Assembly: GCA_963761335.1 (NCBI GenBank)
Contig: CAVXGR010000007.1
Coordinates: forward strand, 64,001 to 128,000
From: an uncultured delta proteobacterium
Lineage (GTDB): Bacteria > Desulfobacterota > Binatia > HRBIN30 > BPIQ01
DNA: 64,000 nucleotides
Direction: 5' to 3'
Made by a program: the position numbers and the translations under genes
Part shown: positions 19,507 to 29,378 of the stretch, piece by piece
How the letters are laid out: each line of letters begins with the position of its first letter
Numbering within the stretch: position 1 is the stretch's first letter
Notes under the pieces: generated by a model
What the model was told of the DNA's origin: nothing
What the model saw: the letters and a program-made list of their open reading frames with translations, nothing else
Databases searched by the model: none

Positions 19507-20916
19507 TCACTGCGTGAAGCCGGCGCGCATCGCCGCCGCCGAGACGCCGCGCGTCGACTCGATGATGCGGGCCGCGGCTCGGGTCAACGGCACGAGGCTC
19601 GGCGCATCGATCTTGTCGGGATTGTCCATGCGGTCGAAGAGGTAGAACGGCGCCGTCAGAAAATTCACCAGCGGCACGCCCTCGGGATGGAAGGGGCCGC
19701 CGTCGCTGGTGGGAAACGGCGCCAGGGCATCCGGGGTCATCAGCAGCGAGCGCTCCAGTCCTTCGCCTTCGACGGCGTCCCACACCGCCGCCTCCAGCGC
19801 CGGGATGCGGCTGGTGAACCACCAGCGCGGCTCCGCCGCGCCGCTGGGCACGAGATTTCCGTCGCGCTCGACGATCTCGCGGGCGGCGTGCTCCAGGTGC
19901 ACCTCCAGGACGATGCGCCCGAGCTCGGCGCGGTGGCTCTCGATGAAGGCGCGCACCCCGGCGCCGCCCGCCATGTGACCGGCGTTGAAGAGAAAGACCA
20001 GCCGGTGCGGCCGCCGCTCCGGCGGTTGCGCCGCCCAGTGGGCGGCCTGCGCCAGGACCAGCGCCATTCCCGAGGCATCCTCGACCGCCGACGACCAGGG
20101 CCCGTCGTGATGCGTGCCGATCACCACCCATTCGTCGTCGGCGCCCGGCAGCTCACCAACGACGTTGTGCGACGGCACCCGCGAGCACATGGCCTCGACA
20201 TGGATGCTGACGCGCACCGGGCCGCCCTGAAGCAGCGCCGCCAGGCGCGTGCCGTCGCGCTCGCCGATCCACACGCCGGGGATCGCACGGCGAATGCCGT
20301 CGTAGGGGACGTAGTATTCGCAGCCGCCGCCGGGGTAGTCGCGCAACACTCCGACGAAGCCGACGGCACCGGCGTCCATCGATGGCTCCATGACGTTCTG
20401 AATCTCGCGGCCGAAGGGCAGGACCTGCACGGCGCCGTCGAAGGTGCGGCGCGGGTCGTAGCAGAAGCCGGCGTCCCGCGCGGCCGCCGGCGCATCGCGG
20501 GAGTCGCGCTCTTCCAGGAGCCGGCGCTGCACGGTGAACGCCGGCGGCACGCGCACCGGCGCCACCTCGTAGAGCGAGACGCGCCCGCGCACCGCCGCGG
20601 GAGCGGTCGCGTCGAAGACGGTCAGCTCCCCCTCGACCCCGGGCGTCGGCGCTGAGAAGGGAAGCGGGAAGCAGGGGATCTGGAAACGTTCGCCGCCGCC
20701 GTCGACGCGCAGCACGGCGCTCTTCGGCTCCCAATATGGCACCTCGACGGGCTCCAGGCGGACGTTCTCGACGCCGAACCGGCGCAGCTGGTCACCGCAG
20801 AACTGCTCCGCCCAGCGATCCGCGGGATACCCCGGCCGGCGGATCCCCTGTGCGTGGATTCGCCGGATCCACTCGAGCAGCACACCCTCATCCGGCACCA
20901 GTGAAGAGGTCGACAT
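19507..20916 (-). CDS. M28-family peptidase with PA-like insert
   Basis: NVVGELPG, IGTHHDG, AVEDASG, FNAGHM, PTSDG. Alternative start 20940. Confidence 0.8.
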   Translation of the reverse strand: MSTSSLVPDEGVLLEWIRRIHAQGIRRPGYPADRWAEQFCGDQLRRFGVENVRLEPVEVPYWEPKSAVLRVDGGGERFQIPCFPLPFSAPTPGVEGELTVFDATAPAAVRGRVSLYEVAPVRVPPAFTVQRRLLEERDSRDAPAAARDAGFCYDPRRTFDGAVQVLPFGREIQNVMEPSMDAGAVGFVGVLRDYPGGGCEYYVPYDGIRRAIPGVWIGERDGTRLAALLQGGPVRVSIHVEAMCSRVPSHNVVGELPGADDEWVVIGTHHDGPWSSAVEDASGMALVLAQAAHWAAQPPERRPHRLVFLFNAGHMAGGAGVRAFIESHRAELGRIVLEVHLEHAAREIVERDGNLVPSGAAEPRWWFTSRIPALEAAVWDAVEGEGLERSLLMTPDALAPFPTSDGGPFHPEGVPLVNFLTAPFYLFDRMDNPDKIDAPSLVPLTRAAARIIESTRGVSAAAMRAGFTQ

Positions 20917-21067
20917 GGCGAATCCTCCCGCCGCTGCCATAGTCGATTGCGCGCCGTGGGGTCAATGTCGGCTGCGCTTGCGGTGGTGGCCGGGAGGGCC
21001 GCGTCCCGGAACGGGCCCCAGGACGGGTTGGACGCCGGACCGCGGGGTGAATTACTATCGGCGCGAC

Positions 21068-22387
21068 ATGACCTTCACAGCCGACCTGTTCGACTACAGC
21101 GGCCGCTTCGAGCCCGACTTTCGGCTCTCCCGCCTCTCGCGGGCGGCGCTGGCACGGCTCGGGCGGGAGTACATGCTCGCCGGGCACGTGCAGAGCCGGG
21201 TGATCATGCCTCTGGTCGCGACGCGCTTCGGACCGCAAGCGGCGGCGAGCTTCGCCATCGACGCCTGGAGAGCCGCCAGCCCGGTCTTCAACGCGCGCAA
21301 CCGGCACCTGCTGCGCATCGAGGGTGACGGCATGTCGGCCATCTTGAAAGGCCTCCAGTTCGATATCGGCGCACCGCACCAGTACATGGACTTCCGCTTC
21401 GAGCTGGTCGACGAGAGGCGCGGCTTCTTCTGGCTCGACTACTGCGGCGCCCTCGACGCCGTGTCGGCGGCCACGGGAAACAACCCGGTGGCGATCCGCC
21501 GCATGTGTCACGACATCGAGGACCCGACCTTCAACGCCACGGTGATGGAAGTGAACCCCCGCGCCCGCTGCCGCGCCATCCACCGGCCGCCGCTTGCGGA
21601 CGGGCACAGCGGACCGGTCTGCCGCTGGGAGGTATCGATCACGGAGGAAGCGGGAGAAGTCGAGGAGCACCCGCTGACGCGCGCCGTTCGCGACACGCGC
21701 GCCGGCCGCTTCGAGCTCTCGCCACCTGAACCGAGCCACGGCGGCGGCATCGACGACTACTCCGGGCCGTTCCTTCCGGACCTGCAGCTCGAGGATCTGT
21801 CGCGAGCGGCGCTGATCTCGCAGTGCAAGGAGTTCGCCCTCGACCTTCACTTGCTCGTACGCGCCGGCCACCTCGCCGTGCGAGAGCGCTGGGGAGCGGC
21901 GGCAATGGCGGCGATCGCCCGCGACCACTGGGCCGGCGCCGCGCCGGTCTATGGCGAGCGCATCCGCAAGGCCCTGCAAATCACGGGCAACGACATGGAG
22001 GCCATCCTCAAGACGCTCCAGGTCGATCCGGCGTTCCCCCATGAGTACGTCCGCTGCGGATGCGACCTCGTCGATCTGCGGCACGCCTACTTCTGGATCG
22101 AGGAGTGCGCGGCGCTCACCGACGAGCCGCCGCGCGGTTGGCTCGAGGTCCTCGACGACCCGGCGGCGGCGGGGCTCGATGCGGTCGTGGCGGCGGTGAA
22201 CCCGAAGGCGCGCTGCCACCCGATCGAGCCGAGCGAGGTCGCCGCGCGCGGCGCGCGACCACTGCGCGCCTGGCGCATCGAGATCGACGACGCCAATGAG
22301 GCGCTGCCGGAATCGCCGTGGTCCCGCGCTCCCCGCTCCTGCTCGATCGCGGGCTTCGTCTTTCACGCCAAGGAAGGTCGCGAGTAA
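21068..22387 (+). CDS. Hypothetical protein with two internally homologous halves
   Basis: DYSGRFEPDFRLSRLSRAAL / DYSGPFLPDLQLEDLSRAAL, AILKGLQFD / AILKTLQVD, VNPRARCRAI / VNPKARCHPI. Confidence 0.85.
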   Translation: MTFTADLFDYSGRFEPDFRLSRLSRAALARLGREYMLAGHVQSRVIMPLVATRFGPQAAASFAIDAWRAASPVFNARNRHLLRIEGDGMSAILKGLQFDIGAPHQYMDFRFELVDERRGFFWLDYCGALDAVSAATGNNPVAIRRMCHDIEDPTFNATVMEVNPRARCRAIHRPPLADGHSGPVCRWEVSITEEAGEVEEHPLTRAVRDTRAGRFELSPPEPSHGGGIDDYSGPFLPDLQLEDLSRAALISQCKEFALDLHLLVRAGHLAVRERWGAAAMAAIARDHWAGAAPVYGERIRKALQITGNDMEAILKTLQVDPAFPHEYVRCGCDLVDLRHAYFWIEECAALTDEPPRGWLEVLDDPAAAGLDAVVAAVNPKARCHPIEPSEVAARGARPLRAWRIEIDDANEALPESPWSRAPRSCSIAGFVFHAKEGRE

Positions 22388-22400
22388 TTCGCGGCGTCCA

Positions 22401-22458
22401 AGAGATCGGCGCCCTCACCCTGACCCTCTTCCGCGAGCAGTGCGGGAGAGGGAACCCG
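22401..22458 (+). repeat. CCCTCACCCTGACCCTCT..GGGAGAGGG palindrome (another unoccupied copy of the IS target repeat)
   Basis: AGAGATCGGCGCCCTCACCCTGACCCTCTTCCGC...TGCGGGAGAGGGAACCC matches the IS flanks; lies between convergent genes. Confidence 0.8.
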
Positions 22459-22487
22459 TAACCGCACCGGCTCAGTAACCCCTCGGC

Positions 22488-23474
22488 TCATTCCTCCAGC
22501 AGCCAGCGAAAATAATTGTAGTGAATGCGCCAGCTCTCCTCGCCGTAGCCGCCGGCGAGGACGACGGCGAAGGGGATGCGCCGCTCCCAGAGCTGCCGGG
22601 TGACGAAGGCGTCGCGCGCCAGCATGCCCGCCTCGCTGACGTCGAAGTCGCCGAGAGCGTCGCCGGCGTATGGATCGCTGCCGGCGACGTACATGGCGAA
22701 GTCGGGGCGAAACTGCTCGACGATCTCCGGCAGGTGCGCCTGCAGCGCGGCGAGATAGAGCCGGTCGCCGGTGTGGGACGGCAGCTCGACGTCGCGGTTG
22801 TTCTGCTTGGTGATCCAGCACCAGTTGTTGCCGTGCATCGAGAAGGTGAACACCGACTCGTCCCCGGCGAAGATCTCGGCGTTGCCGTTGCCGTGGTGGT
22901 AGTCGAGATCGACGATCAGTACCCGCTCGGCGAGCCGATCCCTTTTGAGGGCACGGATGGCAATGGCGACGTCGGCGATGGCGCAGAAGCCCTCGGCCTT
23001 GTCGGCCTGGGCGTGATGGTAGCCGCCGCCGAGGTTGGCGCCGATGCCGCGCCGCTCGGCGGCGCCTCGCGCCGCCGCCACCGTCCCGCCCGAGGCGTGC
23101 AGGAACGGCTGCAGCAGATCGTCGCCCCACGGATGCGCGGGGTCGAGGAACAGGAGCCGCGCCAGCGTCTCCGGCCGGGCGATGGAGCGCAGGTAGTCGT
23201 CGGTGTGCACCATTCGCAGCTCTGCCTCGCTGACCGGCGCGGCGGCGGCAAAGTCGGCGGCGTTCGCCAGGCCCGCCTGCACCAGACCGTCGCGGATGCG
23301 CCGTGGCTTGGCGACGTCGAAGGTGTGGCGGATGCCCGCCTCGAGCACGTCAGAGATGTATTCGTCGCGATAGAAAAGACGCATGTGGGAGCGGGTGCCG
23401 AGCGGCGCCGGTGCACTCGCGAGCGGCGCCGGAGCTGCCGCAGAGACACCGGGTCCGAGCCTGGTCACCGGCAT
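22488..23474 (-). CDS. Zn-dependent histone deacetylase family protein (HDAC11/class IV-like)
   Basis: GGGYHHA, EGFC, DLDYHHGNG, AGSDPYAGD, LAGGY. True start may be 23384. Confidence 0.92.
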   Translation of the reverse strand: MPVTRLGPGVSAAAPAPLASAPAPLGTRSHMRLFYRDEYISDVLEAGIRHTFDVAKPRRIRDGLVQAGLANAADFAAAAPVSEAELRMVHTDDYLRSIARPETLARLLFLDPAHPWGDDLLQPFLHASGGTVAAARGAAERRGIGANLGGGYHHAQADKAEGFCAIADVAIAIRALKRDRLAERVLIVDLDYHHGNGNAEIFAGDESVFTFSMHGNNWCWITKQNNRDVELPSHTGDRLYLAALQAHLPEIVEQFRPDFAMYVAGSDPYAGDALGDFDVSEAGMLARDAFVTRQLWERRIPFAVVLAGGYGEESWRIHYNYFRWLLEE

Positions 23475-24253
23475 TCCCCTGCTGCCGGCAGCAGCGACTG
23501 CAGCGCCGCGTCGAGAGCGGCGCGATCGAGCCTCCAGTCACCCCCGGCGAGGCCGCGGCGGCATTCGCCCGCGTACCAGTCGGAATGGAAGTACTCGGTG
23601 AGCAGCGGCGACAAGGGGAACACCTGAAAACCCGGCTCCCAGCGCATCAGCCGACCGTTCGCATCGCGGACGGCACCGGCGGCGAGGGCGACCGAGGCGC
23701 GGCCCAGCGGCAGCTCGCCGATGTCGGCGAGCAGGCGTTCGAAGCGACCCTGCTCGCAACCGTCGAGAAAGAGGAAGAGGCGGGAGCGGTAGAAGATGAC
23801 GGCGTCGTGGAAGAACTTGGGAATGCAGCCGACGCCGTCCTTGCCGGTCTGGTGCGCCATGCGCGCCAGGACGCGGAACACCGGGCGCAGGATGCCCAGC
23901 CCCGGGTGCGCCTGCAGCGGCAGCGCCGCGCGCCCGGTCGTGAACACCGATGTCGGGTCCTCTTCGCGGAACCAGTACACCAACGCCAGGCTGAGCGAAC
24001 GCGGCATGCGGTAGCCGCGCTCGCAGAAGAGCTGCGGCGATACCGCCGTCTCCATGATCACCGCGTCGAGAAGCGTGAAAACCCGCTTCTCCTTGCACGC
24101 CGAGAGCCGGGTGTGTACCAGCCCGGTTTCGGGAGAGCCGATCTCGAGGCGGGGATCCCGGTACCCCTTGCGTGCCAGGGTATCCAGGACCCCCGCCTCA
24201 TCGAAGAGACGGAGCAGGGCCTGCTCGTCGAAGCATTCGAGGATTCGGCCCAT
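23465..24253 (-). CDS. Hypothetical protein resembling the accessory domain of deltaproteobacterial deacetylases
   Basis: LPLQAHPGLG and KDGVGCIPKFFHDAVIF motifs; overlaps the HDAC ORF start. Family assignment is from recall only. Confidence 0.7.
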   Translation of the reverse strand: MGRILECFDEQALLRLFDEAGVLDTLARKGYRDPRLEIGSPETGLVHTRLSACKEKRVFTLLDAVIMETAVSPQLFCERGYRMPRSLSLALVYWFREEDPTSVFTTGRAALPLQAHPGLGILRPVFRVLARMAHQTGKDGVGCIPKFFHDAVIFYRSRLFLFLDGCEQGRFERLLADIGELPLGRASVALAAGAVRDANGRLMRWEPGFQVFPLSPLLTEYFHSDWYAGECRRGLAGGDWRLDRAALDAALQSLLPAAGECR

Positions 24254-24272
24254 GTCCAGCCGAGGCGCGCCT

Positions 24273-24641
24273 CTACGCAGCGCGCCGCCTTCCACTTCCA
24301 GCGTGCGCCTTGGTCTCGCCGCGCTGCAGGCGCGCGTGATCCTCGAGCTGACGACGGGTGGCGCGGAAGGCATCGCGCAGCGCCACGTACACGTCCTCGT
24401 GGGCGTGGTGCTCGGCCGGCTCGCGGCGCACCAGCAGCTCGGCCCCCTTCACCGTCAGGTCGACGCGCACGTGAAATAGCTTGCCATGGTGATGGCGGCG
24501 GTGCGGCGCTTCGATCACCACCCGGCAGCCGACGATGCGCTCGTGAAAGCGCTCGAGCCTTTCCGCCAGCTTGCGCACCCGCACAGCGACGGCCTCGGAG
24601 GGGTCCATGTTGCGGAAAGTGATCTGCAGAGGCAGCTCCAT
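24273..24641 (-). CDS. HPF/RaiA-family ribosome-associated protein
   Basis: MELPLQITFRNMDPSEA...CRVVIEAPHRRHHHG...HEDVYVALRDAF; GGAGG RBS. Confidence 0.88.
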   Translation of the reverse strand: MELPLQITFRNMDPSEAVAVRVRKLAERLERFHERIVGCRVVIEAPHRRHHHGKLFHVRVDLTVKGAELLVRREPAEHHAHEDVYVALRDAFRATRRQLEDHARLQRGETKAHAGSGRRRAA

Positions 24642-24855
24642 ATATCCTCCCTGCTTCTCCAAGGGCACGCCCACAATGGGCGCACCAGCAAGAGAGAAGG
24701 GGGCAAACGCCGAGCCACGCCCCCGCTTCTGCGGCTTTCAGGAAGCGACGCCCACAGAGGACGTCGAGTTCTCAACGCTGCGAATCCCCCGGAGGCCCCA
24801 TCGCCGAAAGCAGGAACCCGGCTTTGCCCAACGGGATGTCCGTTGGCTGCAGGCA

Positions 24856-24946
24856 GGTTGTTGGTTGCTGCGTTGTTAGGTTGCTAGGTCAGTTCACCAG
24901 TTCACCCCTTCTTACCAACAACCAACAACGCAACAGCCTAACAACC
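24856..24946. repeat. Imperfect palindrome of GGTTGTT/AACAACC units
   Basis: GGTTGTTGGTTGCTGCGTTGTTAGGTTG...CCAACAACCAACAACGCAACAGCCTAACAACC. Confidence 0.72.
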
Positions 24947-24995
24947 TTCGACGGTGGCACCGTCCGTTCGACTCGTTGGGCAAAGCCGGGGGAGA

Positions 24996-25760
24996 TTAAT
25001 GCCCTGCATGCCGGCGCATCGCCGGCGGCGCGGTCTTCTTGTAGCCGCTGGGGACCTTCATCAGCTCTGGCGGCGGCGCCTGGCGGGAGACCTCGAGCAC
25101 CTCGGTAGTAGTCTTGAGGCGCGAGGCCCCCCCGCCGAACTCGTAGGTGGAGCGCAGCGGCATCCCCTTGAGCTGCAGCAGCGCCTCGGCGAGCTTGGCG
25201 CCCGCGCCGCCGGTCCCGCCGAAGCCTTTGGCGAGGGCCGCAGTGTCCTCGGGCTTCACCGGCAGCTGCAGGGCATCGGTGATCCACACCGACCCGCTGA
25301 TCGGCCCCTGCAACTGATACTCCTTGGCCTCATAACCGGCGATCTTTTCGGTCTTGCCGGTGGGCGTCGCCTTCACCGGCTCGCTGCTGCCAGCCGGGTT
25401 CATCCCCATCTTGTCCATCATCTGCCGCGCTTCCGGGGGCAGCTTGGCCATCTGCTTTTCCATCTCGGCCCTGACCGCCTTCGTCTGCTGGTCGATCTCG
25501 TCGAAGGTCTGGGTGAAGTACGTCTTCTTCTGCTTGTTCGCCACGGTCATCGTCTTGCCGGCGAAGTCGATGATCACCCTCGTCTCCGGGCTGTCGGTGA
25601 CCATCGCACCATCCGACCAGTACTGGGTGCTCTCGCCGCTGCGGCCCGGGCCACCGACGCCGCTGCTGGTGCGCTGCCGCAGAATGAGGTCCTCGGCGAG
25701 AGCGCGGGTGGAGAGAGAAGCGCAGAGAAAGATGGCCAGACAGGCAATTGTTCGTCTCAT
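24996..25760 (-). CDS. Secreted DUF4412-like protein
   Basis: Signal peptide, TGKTEKIAGYEAKEY, C-terminal LMKVPSGYKK. Confidence 0.75.
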   Translation of the reverse strand: MRRTIACLAIFLCASLSTRALAEDLILRQRTSSGVGGPGRSGESTQYWSDGAMVTDSPETRVIIDFAGKTMTVANKQKKTYFTQTFDEIDQQTKAVRAEMEKQMAKLPPEARQMMDKMGMNPAGSSEPVKATPTGKTEKIAGYEAKEYQLQGPISGSVWITDALQLPVKPEDTAALAKGFGGTGGAGAKLAEALLQLKGMPLRSTYEFGGGASRLKTTTEVLEVSRQAPPPELMKVPSGYKKTAPPAMRRHAGH

Positions 25761-25956
25761 GTCGCTGGGTTATGACAAACCTTGGCGCAGATCAACGGCG
25801 CGGACTGGCTCCGCGAGCCGGAGGGGGGCGAGCCATGATTGCGCACTCAACCTACCGGCGCGCGCCTGCCTACTTTCTCATCTGGACCTGCCCATTGGGG
25901 CGGCAGGCTGGAGCGACGCAGCTGATGCTGCACCGGAGATCGGAGCGAAGGGGCAG

Positions 25957-25972
25957 CGGCATGGGACTTGCC
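25957..25972 (+). promoter_or_regulatory. Putative sigma54 promoter of the ATP-grasp operon
   Basis: CGGCATGGGACTTGCC has GG-N10-GC spacing ending TTGC. Confidence 0.5.
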
Positions 25973-26024
25973 CTGGCTTATTCAAGCTTTGAACCTCGAA
26001 GGATCTCGCAGTGGGCAGGTACAA

Positions 26025-27461
26025 GTGACAAGCGAGGGCAGCTCGCCCGCGGCGGTGCCGTATCACGAGTTCTACCTCGACGACTTCGCGCCGCGCGAGC
26101 ACTACCGACTGCTCTGGGAGCACATTCGCCGCACCGGCCAGAGCGCGCTCGCCGTCAAGGTGCGCGAGTCGGACTGGGCGCTGCGCACCGAGGGCGTCAC
26201 CTTCACCGTATACGCCGGCAGCGACGAGGGCATCGAACGGGTCTGGCCATTCGACCTGCTGCCGCGCATCATCACCGCCACCGAGTGGGCGCCGCTCGAG
26301 GCGGGGCTGAAGCAGCGCGTGCGGGCCCTCAACCTGTTCCTCGCCGACGTCTACGGGCCGCAGCAGATCTTCAAGGACGGCGTGCTCCCCGCGGGTCTGG
26401 TGCTCTCCGGGAAGGACTTTCGCCCCGAGCTGAGGGGCATCACCCCTCCGCGCGGCATCTACACGCACATCGCCGGGATCGACTTCGTGCGCGACGAGAA
26501 CGGCCGTTATCTGGTTCTCGAGGACAATCTGCGGACGCCGTCCGGCGTCTCCTACATGATCGAGAACCGCATCGTCGAGAGGCGCATCCTGCCGGAGTTC
26601 TTCGACCGCTATCGCGTGCGCCGCGTGGAGCACTATCCGGCGCTGCTGCTGCAGGCGCTGCGCCACCTGTCGCCGCGCGGCCAGGGATGCGCCGAGGTGG
26701 TCCTGCTCACGCCCGGCGTCTACAACTCCGCCTACTTCGAGCACACCTTTCTCGCCAAGGAGATGGGCATCGAGCTGGTCGAGGGCAGCGATCTGGTGGC
26801 CGCCAACGACATGGTGTTCATGAAGACGACGCGGGGCCTGCGGCGGGTGGATGTCATCTATCGCCGCATCGACGACGACTTCCTCGACCCCCTGTGCTTC
26901 CGCTCCGACTCGATCCTCGGCGTCGCCGGCCTGATCAACGCCTGGCGCGCCGGCAACGTGGCCATCGCCAACGCCCCCGGCAGCGGCATCGCCGACGACA
27001 AGGCGGTGTATCCCTTCGTGCCCGACATCATCCGCTACTACCTGGGCGAGCGGCCGATTCTGGAGAACGTGCCCACCTACCAGATGAGCCGCGCCGACGA
27101 ACGCGCCTACGTGCTCGACAACCTCGAGCGCATGGTGGTCAAGGCGGTGAGCGAATCGGGCGGCTACGGCATGCTCATGGGACCCACCTCGACACCCGCG
27201 CTGCGCGCCGAGTTCACCACCCGCGTGCGCGAGAATCCGCGGAACTACATCGCCCAGCCGGTGGTGCCGCTGTCGCGGCACGTCTGCTATCTGGACGGCG
27301 AGCTCGAGTCCCGGCACGTCGACCTGCGGCCCTTCGTCATCTACGGCGAGGACATCCAGGTCGTTCCCGGCGGCCTTACACGCGTCGCCCTCACCAAGGG
27401 GTCACTGATCGTCAACTCTTCTCAGGGCGGCGGCAGCAAGGACACCTGGGTGCTCGCCTAG
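26025..27461 (+). CDS. Circularly permuted type 2 ATP-grasp protein
   Basis: EDNLRTPSGVSY, NSAYFEH, YRRIDDDFLDP, SGGYGM, DLRPF, VNSSQGGGSKDTWV. Start uncertain (GTG 26025 or 26055). Confidence 0.95.
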   Translation: MTSEGSSPAAVPYHEFYLDDFAPREHYRLLWEHIRRTGQSALAVKVRESDWALRTEGVTFTVYAGSDEGIERVWPFDLLPRIITATEWAPLEAGLKQRVRALNLFLADVYGPQQIFKDGVLPAGLVLSGKDFRPELRGITPPRGIYTHIAGIDFVRDENGRYLVLEDNLRTPSGVSYMIENRIVERRILPEFFDRYRVRRVEHYPALLLQALRHLSPRGQGCAEVVLLTPGVYNSAYFEHTFLAKEMGIELVEGSDLVAANDMVFMKTTRGLRRVDVIYRRIDDDFLDPLCFRSDSILGVAGLINAWRAGNVAIANAPGSGIADDKAVYPFVPDIIRYYLGERPILENVPTYQMSRADERAYVLDNLERMVVKAVSESGGYGMLMGPTSTPALRAEFTTRVRENPRNYIAQPVVPLSRHVCYLDGELESRHVDLRPFVIYGEDIQVVPGGLTRVALTKGSLIVNSSQGGGSKDTWVLA

Positions 27462-27481
27462 CCGCCGGGACGACCTCCGCC

Positions 27482-28456
27482 GTGCTCAGCCGTATCGCCG
27501 ATTCCATCTACTGGATGTCGCGCTACCTGGAGCGCGCCGCCAACACCGCACGCCTCGTGGAGATCAACCTGCTGCACCTGATCGAGGCCGAGGACACGCT
27601 TCCGGAGACGGCGCAGTGGCGACCGCTGCTGAGCATCAACAACAGTGAGGACATCTACGCACAGCTGTACGAGGGGGCTGAGGTGAGCGCCCGCCGGGTG
27701 ATCCAGTTCCTCACCCAGGACCGGCAGAGCCCCAACTCGATTCGCAACAGCCTGCGCCTGGCGCGGGAGAACGCCCGCGTGGTGCGCGACCGCATCTCGA
27801 AAGAGATGTGGGAGGCGCTCAACGAGCTGTGGCTGTTCTCCGAGAAACAGCTGAAGGCACCGCTGCTGCCAGAGCGCGCGGCGCGCTTCTACGCCGACGT
27901 GCGCAATGGCGTGGCACGCTTTCACGGGGTCACGATCAGCACGATGATGCGCGGCAATGCCTTCGGCTTCTATCTGCTCGGCACCTGCCTCGAGCGCGCC
28001 GACATGACGGCGCGCATTCTCGACGTGAAGTATCACCTGCTGCTGCCGAGCGTCGCCATGGTCGGCTCGCCGCTGGACTACTATCAGTGGGCCGCGATGC
28101 TGAAGTCGCTGTCGGGCTTCGAGGCGTATCGACGCACCTACCAGGCGGGCCTGCGGCCGGTCGACGTCGTCGAGTTCGTCGTCTTCGAGAGAGACTTCCC
28201 GCGCTCCCTGAGCTTCTCGACCGAGCGCATGGGCGATGCCCTCGAGAGCATCGGCCTGTTGGCCGCCGACAGCCCCACCGCCGCGGCCATGGAGAAAGTG
28301 CGCCGGCACCTGCGGAGCGCCTCGGCCGAGGAAGTGGTGCGCGGCGGCCTGCACGAGTATCTGCAGGGCTTCCTCGACAAGATCGAGGAGCTGCACGCGG
28401 AGCTGGCGCAGGACTACTTCGAGGCGCCAATCGGAGAAATACCGTGCGCTACCTGA
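27482..28456 (+). CDS. Alpha-E domain protein
   Basis: MLSRIADSIYWMSRYLERA, ARENAR, LERADMTARILD, FPRSL. Confidence 0.93.
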   Translation: MLSRIADSIYWMSRYLERAANTARLVEINLLHLIEAEDTLPETAQWRPLLSINNSEDIYAQLYEGAEVSARRVIQFLTQDRQSPNSIRNSLRLARENARVVRDRISKEMWEALNELWLFSEKQLKAPLLPERAARFYADVRNGVARFHGVTISTMMRGNAFGFYLLGTCLERADMTARILDVKYHLLLPSVAMVGSPLDYYQWAAMLKSLSGFEAYRRTYQAGLRPVDVVEFVVFERDFPRSLSFSTERMGDALESIGLLAADSPTAAAMEKVRRHLRSASAEEVVRGGLHEYLQGFLDKIEELHAELAQDYFEAPIGEIPCAT

Positions 28457-29352
28457 TCGAGCACGAGACCCGCCTCGCCCTGCCCGGCAGCGTGCGTGAG
28501 CACCACTGCGAGCTGCGCCTGACGCCGCGGCAGGACGAGCACCAGAAGATCCTCTCGATGCATGTCGAGGCCGAGCCGACCGCCGCCCTGCACGAGTACG
28601 AGGATTGCTTCGGCAACCGCGTGCATCACTTCTCCATCCTGGCCCCGCACGACGCCCTGGTCACCCGCGTGCGCGCCGAGGTGGAGACGACTCTGGCCAA
28701 CCCCTTCGACTACGCGCCGCTGCCGCCCGCCGTCGAGCACACCTGGATCGAGGAGGCGATGCGCGCCGATCCGTGGCTGTGGATCTATCTGGTCCACCAC
28801 AGCCCGGCGACACCCGATCTGACCCGACTGCAGACACCCTATGCGTTTCCGCACTACGACACGGACGCCGGCGTCCTCGCCTCGGTGCTGGCGGCGCGCG
28901 ACTGGATCGCCGAGACCTTTCACTACGACGAGGAGAGCACGCAGGTGCACTCTCCTCTCGAGCAGATGCTCGAGGCGAAGTCCGGCGTCTGCCAGGATTT
29001 CGCCCACCTGCTCGTCGCCCTGGTGCGCAGCTGGGGAATACCGGCGCGCTACGTCATGGGTTACCAGGACCTCGAAGAGGACGAAGAGGACGCCGAGGAA
29101 GCCGAGGAAGAGGAGAGGTCGGCCGCCGAGCAGCCGCACGCCTGGGCCGAGGTCCTGGTGCCCGGCGCCGGCTGGCGCGGGGTCGACCCGGCGGCGCGGC
29201 TGGTGGTCAACGACCACTACGTTGCCGTTGCCGTCGGCAGGAACTACCTCGATGCGGCTCCGCAGCGCGGCAGCTTCAAGGGCGGCGATCAGGACGGCGA
29301 GCAGGAGAGTGCGAGCCCCGACGTGCGCCTCAGTCTCAGGCGCGATCAGTAA
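28444..29352 (+). CDS. Transglutaminase-like protein with bacterial N-terminal domain
   Basis: DCFGNRVH, GVCQDFAH, HAWAEV, VDP (Cys-His-Asp triad), VGRNYLD. Confidence 0.93.
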   Translation: MRYLIEHETRLALPGSVREHHCELRLTPRQDEHQKILSMHVEAEPTAALHEYEDCFGNRVHHFSILAPHDALVTRVRAEVETTLANPFDYAPLPPAVEHTWIEEAMRADPWLWIYLVHHSPATPDLTRLQTPYAFPHYDTDAGVLASVLAARDWIAETFHYDEESTQVHSPLEQMLEAKSGVCQDFAHLLVALVRSWGIPARYVMGYQDLEEDEEDAEEAEEEERSAAEQPHAWAEVLVPGAGWRGVDPAARLVVNDHYVAVAVGRNYLDAAPQRGSFKGGDQDGEQESASPDVRLSLRRDQ

Positions 29353-29378
29353 TCTCTCCCGCATCGCAAGGAGACCGG

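Noticed and set aside
25748..28456. 902-aa ORF suggesting an ATP-grasp/alpha-E fusion or frameshift
   Set aside because: Only the part from GTG 27482 is alpha-E; the upstream part is an Arg-rich off-frame reading of the ATP-grasp gene, which has its own stop at 27461.
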